Assembly: GCA_964480425.1 (NCBI GenBank)
Contig: CAYZPY010000001.1
Span: 1-58,515, forward strand
Length of the DNA: 58,515 bases
Reading direction: 5' to 3'
Source: an uncultured Planctomycetaceae bacterium
Lineage (GTDB): Bacteria > Planctomycetota > Phycisphaerae > SM23-33
The notes beneath the pieces are model-generated. The model was not told the DNA's origin, searched no databases, and saw only the letters and a program-made list of their open reading frames with translations. Of the stretch, positions 45,744-53,843 are shown one piece after another. Made by a program: the position numbers and the translations under genes. Position 1 is the first letter of the stretch. The number at the start of each line of letters is the position of its first letter.

Positions 45744-47042
45744 TCATCTGGTCAATCGCAAACACTTACGCACAAACGGTATGTGCAGAATTACGGCCGC
45801 CGCCGCCAGCACACCAACGCCCAGTGCCAATCCCGTAAGCAGCGCCCGGTTCTCGCTGTCGGAGGGCGACGGACAGGCCTTGCCGTTGTTCCGCAGCAGT
45901 TCGCCCTTGCGGTGCTCCGGGCGCGAGTTGTGCATTATGTTGTCTGCAATGACGATGGGCCTGTTTTCGCCGGTGCGGTCGTCGAGGTCGACGACGACGT
46001 TTTCCAGCACGTTGTCGGTCAGTATCACCCCGCCCGACGCTATCCGCAGCCGCGAGGGCCGACCTGCATTGCCGCCGAAGACGTTGTTGCCCGAGACGAC
46101 CGCGCCCCGCCCGCGGATGTCCATCGCTGTTGTGCAGGTTCCGCCCTCCTCGACCACGAGTATGTTGTCGGCTATGACGTGCCGGTCGCTCCCGACCCAG
46201 GAGCGAAAGCCGATGTCCAGGCGCCCGCCGCGCTTCACGCGCACTATGTTGTCCGACATGATGACGTTGTTCGCCTCGTCGCTGCCGACGGCGCAGTGGG
46301 TGCGGCCCGCGATGACGACGTAGTTGTCGCGGATGACCGCCGGGCCTGTCAGCACCTCCACGGCGTCGTCGCCGGCGTCGCCAAGGACGTTTCCATAAAC
46401 CTGCACGTTAATCCCGTCCAGCATGACGCCGAGACTACGCGCATTCATCACGCGGCAGTGGCGCACCGTGATGTCGTGCACAGCCCTGCCCGGCGCCCCG
46501 CCCGGCGAGCGGTAATACGCCTTGATGCCGCAGTACTCGAAGCGATCGTGCGGGATTTGCGGGTCGCCGGCGTGGATTGGGTTCTCGCGACGGTTGGCGT
46601 CGATGGCAAGGTCGCGTATGGTGACGTGTCCCACGCCGTCGCCGATGATTCGTATCACGTTGGTGTTCTGCCCCGCCGCCTGGACCAGGCGTGTGGCGTC
46701 GCCCCGCCCGGCGAGCGTAACGTTGCTGCGTGCGATTATCACGCCGCCCGGCGCACCGGGGGTCTTTCGGATGTCGAATGTGCCTTCTGCCAACTTCACG
46801 ACGCCGCCGGTCGACGGTAGCGAGCGGATCGCCGCGTTAATCTGCTCCTGGTCGCCCTTCCCGTCGCAGGCGAAGTCCGCCGCGGACCTGCTGCGCGCGC
46901 CCGAATCCCCGGCTGCCACTAAGACGGTCGGCGAACCGTCGGCAGCGCGGGACGTCGCACAGCCCGCCACTACCACGAACAACGCAAGACCGGTGGTTGC
47001 GAGTTTTCCGGCCTGTGGGCGAATTGAACCGGTCCGTTTCAT
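45744..47042 (-). CDS. Beta-helix repeat protein with an N-terminal lipobox and a C-terminal hydrophobic helix plus basic tail
   Basis: 432-aa ORF with the signal/lipobox LALFVVVAGC. Parallel beta-helix repeats are present (…VTIRDLAIDANRREN…, …DITVRHCRVMNA…, …VIRDNYVVIAG…). The C-terminus is LLTGLALGVGVLAAAAVILHIPFVRKCLRLTR. Confidence 0.75.
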   Translation of the reverse strand: MKRTGSIRPQAGKLATTGLALFVVVAGCATSRAADGSPTVLVAAGDSGARSRSAADFACDGKGDQEQINAAIRSLPSTGGVVKLAEGTFDIRKTPGAPGGVIIARSNVTLAGRGDATRLVQAAGQNTNVIRIIGDGVGHVTIRDLAIDANRRENPIHAGDPQIPHDRFEYCGIKAYYRSPGGAPGRAVHDITVRHCRVMNARSLGVMLDGINVQVYGNVLGDAGDDAVEVLTGPAVIRDNYVVIAGRTHCAVGSDEANNVIMSDNIVRVKRGGRLDIGFRSWVGSDRHVIADNILVVEEGGTCTTAMDIRGRGAVVSGNNVFGGNAGRPSRLRIASGGVILTDNVLENVVVDLDDRTGENRPIVIADNIMHNSRPEHRKGELLRNNGKACPSPSDSENRALLTGLALGVGVLAAAAVILHIPFVRKCLRLTR

Positions 47043-47177
47043 CTTGATTATCCTTGGAGTGATATTTAAGGCATGCGCACCGGCCTGGAAAGACCAATTT
47101 TCGCCCCCGGCGAATATGCCCCGGCGCTATTGGGGCGCCCGCCGCAGGAAATACGCGTCCGGGTTCTCCCGCCATGC

Positions 47178-47206
47178 TTGACAATAACCTCCGTGCCGGT
47201 TACTTT
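47178..47206 (+). promoter_or_regulatory. Sigma70-like promoter candidate for the tRNA gene
   Basis: TTGACA (47178-47183), a 17-nt spacer, then TACTTT (47201-47206). The tRNA 5' end lies 15 nt downstream. Confidence 0.35.
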
Positions 47207-47221
47207 GCGCTTTACCGTCGC

Positions 47222-47295
47222 GGGCCGTTAGCTCAGTTGGACAGAGCGTCTGCTCGACACGCAGAAGGTCACTGGTTCAAGTCCAGTACGGCCCA
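47222..47295 (+). tRNA. tRNA-Val (anticodon GAC); no encoded CCA
   Basis: Hand-folded cloverleaf: acceptor GGGCCGT/ACGGCCC, D arm GCTC-AGTTGGACA-GAGC, anticodon arm TCTGC-TCGACAC-GCAGA, variable AGGTC, T arm ACTGG-TTCAAGT-CCAGT, discriminator A. Loop positions 34-36 read GAC. Position 33 reads C rather than U (see findings). Confidence 0.85.
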
Positions 47296-47324
47296 TTCGT
47301 TCGACGCAGAGTTGCGCATGTAAA

Positions 47325-47353
47325 AGGGCCGGTCTTTTGGCCGGCCCTGTTTT
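47325..47353. terminator. Rho-independent, probably bidirectional terminator between the tRNA and the convergent GGDEF gene
   Basis: AGGGCCGGTC-TTTT-GGCCGGCCCT forms a 10-bp stem (one G.U pair) with a 4-nt loop, followed by GTTTT. An AAAA run precedes it, so it also reads as hairpin plus U-tract on the minus strand. Confidence 0.6.
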
Positions 47354-47385
47354 GTGTGGCGTGGCGATGGTATCTTCGGGCGGTG

Positions 47386-48849
47386 TCAGTTTTGACCTTC
47401 TTCCAGCATACACTGTCTGAAGTGGTGGCTGAGGTCGTCCCAGCACGTTGCCTGGTCGCCGCCGTTGCGTTTGGCCAGATGCAGTGCGGCGTCGGCACGT
47501 CGCAGCAGCTTTGCGGCGGAGACGTTTTCGCTGCCGTCCAGACCCGCCAGTCCGCAGCTGACCTTCAACCCGGGGACGTTCAGGATATCGATATCGTGTA
47601 TGCGGTTGCGGATGCGCTTCAGGACGGTTTCGGCCTGGTACACGTCGGTTTCGGGCATAATGAGGACGAACTCGTCGCCGCCGTAGCGGCATGCGGTGTC
47701 GGTGCGTCGTGTTTCGCTCTCCAGGGCCTTGGCCATGCTCACCAGCACGCGGTCGCCGGCGACGTGCCCGAAGTGGTCGTTGATGTATTTGAAGTTGTCC
47801 ACGTCTATGATGACCAGCGAGAAGTGTGTAGCGTACCTCGCCGAGCGGTCGCACTCCTCACGGAGTTTAATCTCCATCAGCCGACGCGTTCCCAGCCCGG
47901 TCAGCACGTCCTGGAGTGACTCGCGCCTGGCGATCTGATACTTTTCGAACAGTTTTGCGTTGGCAAGGTGCACCGAGAGCGCTTCTTCCAGCAGCGAGAG
48001 CTTGTATTCGAACAGTTCGTCGTCGTTTCCGTTTGAATCCCTGAATTCGCACATGCACAGGTAATCCTCGACGGGGCTGGATTCCTCGTTGTCGTGCGTT
48101 TTTATGGTCGAGACGCCCAGGGGCACGACGACGTTGTCGCCGCAGGTTTTGTTTTTCAGGCAGGTGTCCGGCGCGTCCTGCCCGAAGGTCAGGCAGCTTC
48201 GGTTGTGCTTCAGCGACCTGGCGTGCTCGACGAGTTCGCCGTAGGGGCATTGGCACGAGGATCGGTGGATCTGGAAGGAGTCTCTCTGGTGTGCGTATGC
48301 CTCCTTGAAGCACAGCACGCTCCTTTCTGCCCCGAGCATGTGCGGCACCTCGTAGGTTATGAGATTTACCAGCTCCTCGAAGTCGACGCTTCTCAGGGAG
48401 GCGAACATTCCCGCGACCTGCTCGGCGGCGCCCCTCATATCGGCCTGGCGGTTCCTGTTGTATCGCAGCACTTCCCTGGCCGAAACCATACCCACGGGTC
48501 GCCCGTCTTCTACAATGGGCACGTGACGGATGTGGTTTTCGTCCATTATCCGCTGAATTTCGCCGATGTGCGTTCCGGGCGGGCAGGAATGTACGTCGGG
48601 CGTCATCACCTCCCGCACCTCCATCCGGGCGGGGACCTTGTCGCTGGCCATCACGTTCACTATCACGTCGCGCTCGGAGAGTATGCCGACGAGTTTTTTC
48701 TCGTCGTCGACCACGACAACGCATCCGACTTCGTGTTTGCGCATTTTTTCACCGGCGGTTGACAGATTATCGTCCTGCCTTACCGTAACTACGCCGGATG
48801 AACGGTTAAGCCCCTTGCTTTTCACTTCTGTTTCCGTCAATGTAATCAC
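47386..48849 (-). CDS. Diguanylate cyclase: CBS pair, a central ~170-aa domain, then GGDEF
   Basis: 487-aa ORF with a GTG start. CBS motifs are VGCVVVVDDEKKLVGILSERDVI and IRHVPIVEDGRPVGMVSAREVL. The active site is RYGGDEFVLIM, with an RxxD I-site (RRTD) 5 residues upstream. Confidence 0.9.
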   Translation of the reverse strand: MITLTETEVKSKGLNRSSGVVTVRQDDNLSTAGEKMRKHEVGCVVVVDDEKKLVGILSERDVIVNVMASDKVPARMEVREVMTPDVHSCPPGTHIGEIQRIMDENHIRHVPIVEDGRPVGMVSAREVLRYNRNRQADMRGAAEQVAGMFASLRSVDFEELVNLITYEVPHMLGAERSVLCFKEAYAHQRDSFQIHRSSCQCPYGELVEHARSLKHNRSCLTFGQDAPDTCLKNKTCGDNVVVPLGVSTIKTHDNEESSPVEDYLCMCEFRDSNGNDDELFEYKLSLLEEALSVHLANAKLFEKYQIARRESLQDVLTGLGTRRLMEIKLREECDRSARYATHFSLVIIDVDNFKYINDHFGHVAGDRVLVSMAKALESETRRTDTACRYGGDEFVLIMPETDVYQAETVLKRIRNRIHDIDILNVPGLKVSCGLAGLDGSENVSAAKLLRRADAALHLAKRNGGDQATCWDDLSHHFRQCMLEEGQN

Positions 48850-48919
48850 TCCTTACTGTCTTTGGCGCAAGGGTCGGATAAACGCCCGTTGTTGTGTCCG
48901 CCGTGCGAAGACCTCACGT

Positions 48920-49960
48920 TCAGGCCGCCGCTTTCTCCACGTCGCTGTATTGATCGAGTATTTCCTTGAACCTGTCGCTTTCCGAAAGGAAGGCGCGCAC
49001 GACCTGCGGGTCGAAGTGCGTGCCCTGGCCTTCGGCGATTATCTTTGCGGCCACGGTATGGCTGAACGGCTCCTTGTATATTCTCCGCGAGACCAGCGCG
49101 TCGTAGACGTCCGAGACGGCGAAGATTCTGGCCGCCAGGGGGATCTCATTTTCGCCCAGACCCTGAGGATATCCGGTGCCGTCCCACCGTTCGTGATGGC
49201 TCAGCGCTATGTCCCTGGCCATTTTGATGAACGTTGCTTCTTGGTGCTGGACGAGGACCTCTTCCAGCGTGGCGGCGCCGCGGGTGGTGTGCGTTTTCAT
49301 GATCTCGAATTCGTCCTGGGTCAGTCGGTCGGGCTTGAGCAGCACGCAATCGGGTATGCTTACTTTTCCGATGTCGTGCAGGGCGCTACCGGCCCGGACG
49401 AGCCGTATGAACCTGTCGTCGATCTGGTCGGCGTAGGAGTGGTTTTCCAAGAGGCGCCGCGCCACGACGGTGGTGTATTCGCGCACGCGCTCCAGGTGCA
49501 TTCCGGTGTCCATGTCGCGTGATTCGGCCAGTTTTGCCAGCGAGAAGACGGTCAACTCGTGGACGCGCTTCTGTTCATCGGCTCGCCATTTCATCAGGTC
49601 TCTGGCCGATAGCATTGCTACGGTTTTTCCCTCGCATACGACGGGAATGTGCCGTATTCCCCGATTGACCATCAGCGACTCGACGTCCGCCAGTGTCATG
49701 TCCGGGCTGCATACCTGCACCGACACGGTCATCACCTGCTCGACTTTCGTGTCGGCGCAGGTTGTTTCGGCCATGTGGCAGCGGCGAAGCACGTCGCGCT
49801 CGGAGAGCAGGCCGACCAGTCGGCCTGCGGAATCGGTCACCACCACGCATCCTATCCTGTGCTCGTACATTTTTTGTGAAGCCAGTGTCACGCTGTCCTG
49901 CCGTCCTACCGACACGACATCCTGCCCGCCCGATTTGTTGAAAAGATCCCGTACCCTCAT
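48920..49960 (-). CDS. c-di-GMP phosphodiesterase: CBS pair plus HD-GYP domain
   Basis: I prefer the ATG at 49960, which has a GGAGA RBS ~9 nt upstream; the ORF-track start at 50008 is a TTG. CBS motifs are IGCVVVTDSAGRLVGLLSERDVL and IRHIPVVCEGKTVAMLSARDLM. The catalytic motifs are HDIGKVSIPD and HHERWDGTGYPQGL. Confidence 0.9.
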   Translation of the reverse strand: MRVRDLFNKSGGQDVVSVGRQDSVTLASQKMYEHRIGCVVVTDSAGRLVGLLSERDVLRRCHMAETTCADTKVEQVMTVSVQVCSPDMTLADVESLMVNRGIRHIPVVCEGKTVAMLSARDLMKWRADEQKRVHELTVFSLAKLAESRDMDTGMHLERVREYTTVVARRLLENHSYADQIDDRFIRLVRAGSALHDIGKVSIPDCVLLKPDRLTQDEFEIMKTHTTRGAATLEEVLVQHQEATFIKMARDIALSHHERWDGTGYPQGLGENEIPLAARIFAVSDVYDALVSRRIYKEPFSHTVAAKIIAEGQGTHFDPQVVRAFLSESDRFKEILDQYSDVEKAAA

Positions 49961-50201
49961 GTGACGTTCTCCAAGATAAAGTTGTACTTTTATCCCCAAC
50001 TGCCCCAACAGTGTTATCTTATTTCGGCAAGACCAGCGGTCGGCTTGAAATAGTAAATATTTTTGCCGGAAAATTTTCCCCGGGCGGATTTTCCCCCCGA
50101 CCGGGGCGCATTTGCCGGCGATACCGACTCGCGGCGCGCGGGTTTAATGCGTACAATGCGGTTAATCCGTCGCAATGCCGCACGACATAAAGGATAAACA
50201 C

Positions 50202-53200
50202 ATGAACTCCAGAATATTTTTATGCTCAGCAATCGCTGCGATTCTCGTTTTGCAGGCAGGATACGCCCCCGCGCGCGAAGGTCTCCCCGCAGGGCAATGC
50301 GTCCGCCTCGGGTCCGACGGCAAACTCGTCTACGAACCGATGGACAAGTGGGGCAATCGGATTCCGGATTACTCCCGCGCCGGTTACATGGAAGGCGGCG
50401 TGGCGATACCGCTTGCGGACGTAAAGGCGACGGTCCGTCCGGACGCCGCCGACGCCGACGACGCGCCTCGGATACAGTCGGCCATAGACAGAGTCTCGCA
50501 AACGGCGCCCGACAAAAACGGCCTGCGCGGCGCGGTGCTGCTGGACGCCGGGCGGTACGAAATACTCACGCACGTTACGATACGCGCCTCGGGCGTGGTG
50601 CTGCGGGGACAGGGCGCGGGCGAAAACGGGACCGTCCTGGTCGCCCCGGAATATCCCGGGGACCAGACGCCCGAGACCGGATATTCCGACAAGCGGGGTT
50701 ACCTTGTGCGGATTGAGAGCCCCGAAAACAAGAAGTCCCAAAGAGGACGCCGCCGCGGCGAAAAGCGCGGCTCGGCGGACATCATCGACCAATACGTGCC
50801 TTCGGGCGCGAATGTCGTGACCGTCAGCTCCGCCGAGGGCTTCGAGGCGGGTGACTTGGTGCAGATTAACTGCGGAAATAACGAGCGTCGGGGCGAGGCG
50901 TGGCACCCCGACCCGATATGGCAGGAGTATCCCGACGGAACCCAGCGGGCGGAGTACTTCGAATGGAACGGGCAAGGCAGGTCGTGGACGACGACCGTCG
51001 CGGAGGTCCGCGGCGACAAACTCGTCCTGGAAGAGCCGCTGTTTCACTCGATAGCGGCTGGATACGGCGGGGGGCGCGTGCGCGAAATGTCGCGCCCGGA
51101 CTCTTCGGGCGTTGTACGCAACTCGGGCATCGAGAACCTGCGGATGGAATCGCAGTGGACGCCGGTGCACCGGCAGTGGACCAAGTGGGAAGGCGGACGG
51201 GTCATCCGCTACCGCAACAGTTGGAAGCGGATAGGCGGCCAAAAGAAGACCTATGAAGGAATGGTGGACCCCCTGCGACACCGCGGCAAGGGCATCGTGA
51301 TAAGCGGGACGGACTGCTGGGTGCGCGACGTTTACGTAAAGGGATTTCACTACGTGGGGATTATGATTCACGGCAACCGCCAGACGGTGCAGGACTGCAC
51401 AATGTTCCTGGACAAGGGCAGTTATTACGAATGGACGCGTTACGTGGCGCGTTACGGAATACACCTTTCGGCCGGGCGGACGCTGGTGCAGCGGTGCGAG
51501 GTTCACGGCTGCCGACACGCGCTGAACATCGGCGGGGGAAACGGGCCCAAGGTGTTCCTGTATTGCCGCACATTTGACGATCACGGCGAGGGCGGCTCGC
51601 ACAAGCCGTACAAAATCGGATGTCTATACGACAACGTGGAGGGCAAGATACAGTCCGGCTCGCGAATCGGCTCGCAGTGGCGCGACAATTACACCACGTT
51701 CTGGAACTGCGGGATGCCGATTTTTATTGTCTCGACACCCCCGCGGAAGTACCTGCCGACAGGGTACAAGTGGGCTATCGGTTGCTACCCGACACAAACC
51801 GACCGCGACATCAGTGAACATCGCGATTGGTGGCGGACCAAGGGGCCCTTGCTGCTGGGGCATGGCCCGTGCGCAGGGCAGGCGGTGTGGCGGTCGTTCG
51901 CAAAGACGGTCGAACCGCGCAGTCTCTACGAGGCGCAACTTGCCGAGCGCCTCGGACCGGAGGCGGTGAAAAACTCCCGCCGGCAGATGGACTGGCAGGC
52001 CCAGGCCGCGGGCAGGAAAAATTACACCAAAACTTACGAGCCGTTCACGCCAAAGCGTTACGAACCGGCCATGGACGACGCCTTCACGGCGCAGGTAAAC
52101 AACCTCAGCCGCTGGGCGACCTGGGGCGACGACGGAAAGCTCGAATATGAATCAATGGGCGGCGACGGGCCCGCCATCGCGGACTTCTCCTGCGCCGGGT
52201 ACAGGGGCGGCGGCGTGAAACTGCCCATGGTCGAGGTCAAGGTCGTAGTGAGGCCCGACCACGACGGCAAGGACGACACGTCGCGGATACAGTCGGCCAT
52301 CGACAAGGTCGCCGCAATGAAGGCGGACCGGGACGGCATGCGGGGCGCGGTGCTGCTGGGGGAGGGCAAGTATTACCTCGACGGCACGCTGAGCATCGGC
52401 GCCGACGGCGTGGTTCTGCGGGGACAGGGGCGCGAGGAACACATCGGCACGCACCTGATTTGTCCGCGGATATCGTCCGGCGGCGAAGGGTTCGCCGTGA
52501 AGATAGCAGGCCGACAAAGCAGGCAGGTGCGCAACAGCGCCGTTGAGAACCTGCGGATGATATCGAAAAGCACACGCAAGCCCGGCGCGCCGGCGGCGCG
52601 GAACCTTGCCGGGGGAGGCGTGCTTATAAAAAACGCGGAAGACTGCTGGGTGCGGAACGTGCGCCTGACGGATTTCGTCAAGGTCGGCGTCAGCGTCGCG
52701 GACAGCATGCAAATCACCGTCGAAGACAGCACGCACGTGGTGGGGCGTGAATTGCGGTTCGGTCCCGCCGATGCGCCGCGGCGGGGCTTCCACGTGGCCG
52801 GCAGGGATGTGCTCGTGCAGCGGTGTTTCGCGCGGAGTTGCCGCAGCGGATTCAGTTCCACAGGCCGGACGGGGCGCAACGTGTTCTTGGACTGCCGCAG
52901 CGGCGACGACAAGGGCGTGGTCGAAACCGCCGGCGGTGCGGGCGCGAAACTGCTGTTCGACAACGTTCGCAGCCGACTGCCCAGACCCGGCGCCGACGAC
53001 CGCGCCGACGACGCCACCGCGGTGTTCTGGAACTGCGCCTCGCGCCGGTGGACTTTGAAACTACCCAAGGACGCGGGCGACGCAGCAAAGTGGTTCATCG
53101 GCTGCTACAAGCACGAAAACGCCAACCCCGAACCCGGCGAGCCGCGGGACCTCGGTCCCGACGGCGTCAAGGTCGCGTGGGAATCGTTCGGCGAGACGGT

Positions 53201-53759
53201 CGCGCCGCGAAGTCTGTATCATCAGCAGTTGCGCGACCGGCTGGGATACGAGGCGGCGAAAAACTCCAAGCACATCGTGGACTGGGTGATGCACGACAAC
53301 AGCATCCGCACGAAGTACGCGGATTTCGTCCAGGTCGTCGGGCACGACGAACTGCAAAAGCGGCTGAAGGGCTACACTCGCGTGGCAGTGGACCGCATGG
53401 GCGCCGGACAGGACCACCCGCACCTGATCGAAGAGAGTTTCATGGGCTACACGCAGGCGGCGGGTCGTCAACTGGGGCGGGGGGACGAAATGAACTTCCG
53501 CTACGAGAACCTCGAGACGCGCGGCGATTACGTGCTGGTGGTGACCGGCGGGGGCGCAAAGGATAACGCCTACCGCCTGACGATGAGCGGGGGCAACCCG
53601 TTCTTCGTAAAGGACGGCGGCGACCGGCCGACCTGCCTGATCGAGGTGCCCTCGCTGTACGTACGGGACGACGGCACGCTTGTGCTGCACTTTGTGCCGA
53701 TAGGCGAAAACAGGCGAAAGCCCGTCGAACTGTCAGCCGTGGAACTTTGGAAAAAATAA
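50202..53759 (+). CDS. Secreted protein with two tandem copies of the uncharacterised beta-helix module (a paralogue of 9538-11283) plus a ~160-aa C-terminal beta-sandwich-like domain
   Basis: The ATG at 50202 gives the signal peptide MNSRIFLCSAIAAILVLQAGYAPA. Module A spans ~50301-52008, module B ~52101-53288 and the tail ~53290-53756. Shared motifs are listed in the findings. Confidence 0.8.
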   Translation: MNSRIFLCSAIAAILVLQAGYAPAREGLPAGQCVRLGSDGKLVYEPMDKWGNRIPDYSRAGYMEGGVAIPLADVKATVRPDAADADDAPRIQSAIDRVSQTAPDKNGLRGAVLLDAGRYEILTHVTIRASGVVLRGQGAGENGTVLVAPEYPGDQTPETGYSDKRGYLVRIESPENKKSQRGRRRGEKRGSADIIDQYVPSGANVVTVSSAEGFEAGDLVQINCGNNERRGEAWHPDPIWQEYPDGTQRAEYFEWNGQGRSWTTTVAEVRGDKLVLEEPLFHSIAAGYGGGRVREMSRPDSSGVVRNSGIENLRMESQWTPVHRQWTKWEGGRVIRYRNSWKRIGGQKKTYEGMVDPLRHRGKGIVISGTDCWVRDVYVKGFHYVGIMIHGNRQTVQDCTMFLDKGSYYEWTRYVARYGIHLSAGRTLVQRCEVHGCRHALNIGGGNGPKVFLYCRTFDDHGEGGSHKPYKIGCLYDNVEGKIQSGSRIGSQWRDNYTTFWNCGMPIFIVSTPPRKYLPTGYKWAIGCYPTQTDRDISEHRDWWRTKGPLLLGHGPCAGQAVWRSFAKTVEPRSLYEAQLAERLGPEAVKNSRRQMDWQAQAAGRKNYTKTYEPFTPKRYEPAMDDAFTAQVNNLSRWATWGDDGKLEYESMGGDGPAIADFSCAGYRGGGVKLPMVEVKVVVRPDHDGKDDTSRIQSAIDKVAAMKADRDGMRGAVLLGEGKYYLDGTLSIGADGVVLRGQGREEHIGTHLICPRISSGGEGFAVKIAGRQSRQVRNSAVENLRMISKSTRKPGAPAARNLAGGGVLIKNAEDCWVRNVRLTDFVKVGVSVADSMQITVEDSTHVVGRELRFGPADAPRRGFHVAGRDVLVQRCFARSCRSGFSSTGRTGRNVFLDCRSGDDKGVVETAGGAGAKLLFDNVRSRLPRPGADDRADDATAVFWNCASRRWTLKLPKDAGDAAKWFIGCYKHENANPEPGEPRDLGPDGVKVAWESFGETVAPRSLYHQQLRDRLGYEAAKNSKHIVDWVMHDNSIRTKYADFVQVVGHDELQKRLKGYTRVAVDRMGAGQDHPHLIEESFMGYTQAAGRQLGRGDEMNFRYENLETRGDYVLVVTGGGAKDNAYRLTMSGGNPFFVKDGGDRPTCLIEVPSLYVRDDGTLVLHFVPIGENRRKPVELSAVELWKK

Positions 53760-53843
53760 TGCAATGACCGGTGTGTGCTTAAAGCAGGCGGGTTCGGGGT
53801 GCCGTTTGCTGCACGCGGGTATTGTTACGACGCGAGGATTGGC

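Noticed and set aside
47043-47386. A tRNA-adjacent genomic island or integration site.
   Set aside because: No integrase, recombinase or transposase ORF occurs anywhere in the window. I noticed no duplicate of the tRNA 3' end. Flanking genes look like ordinary chromosomal content.
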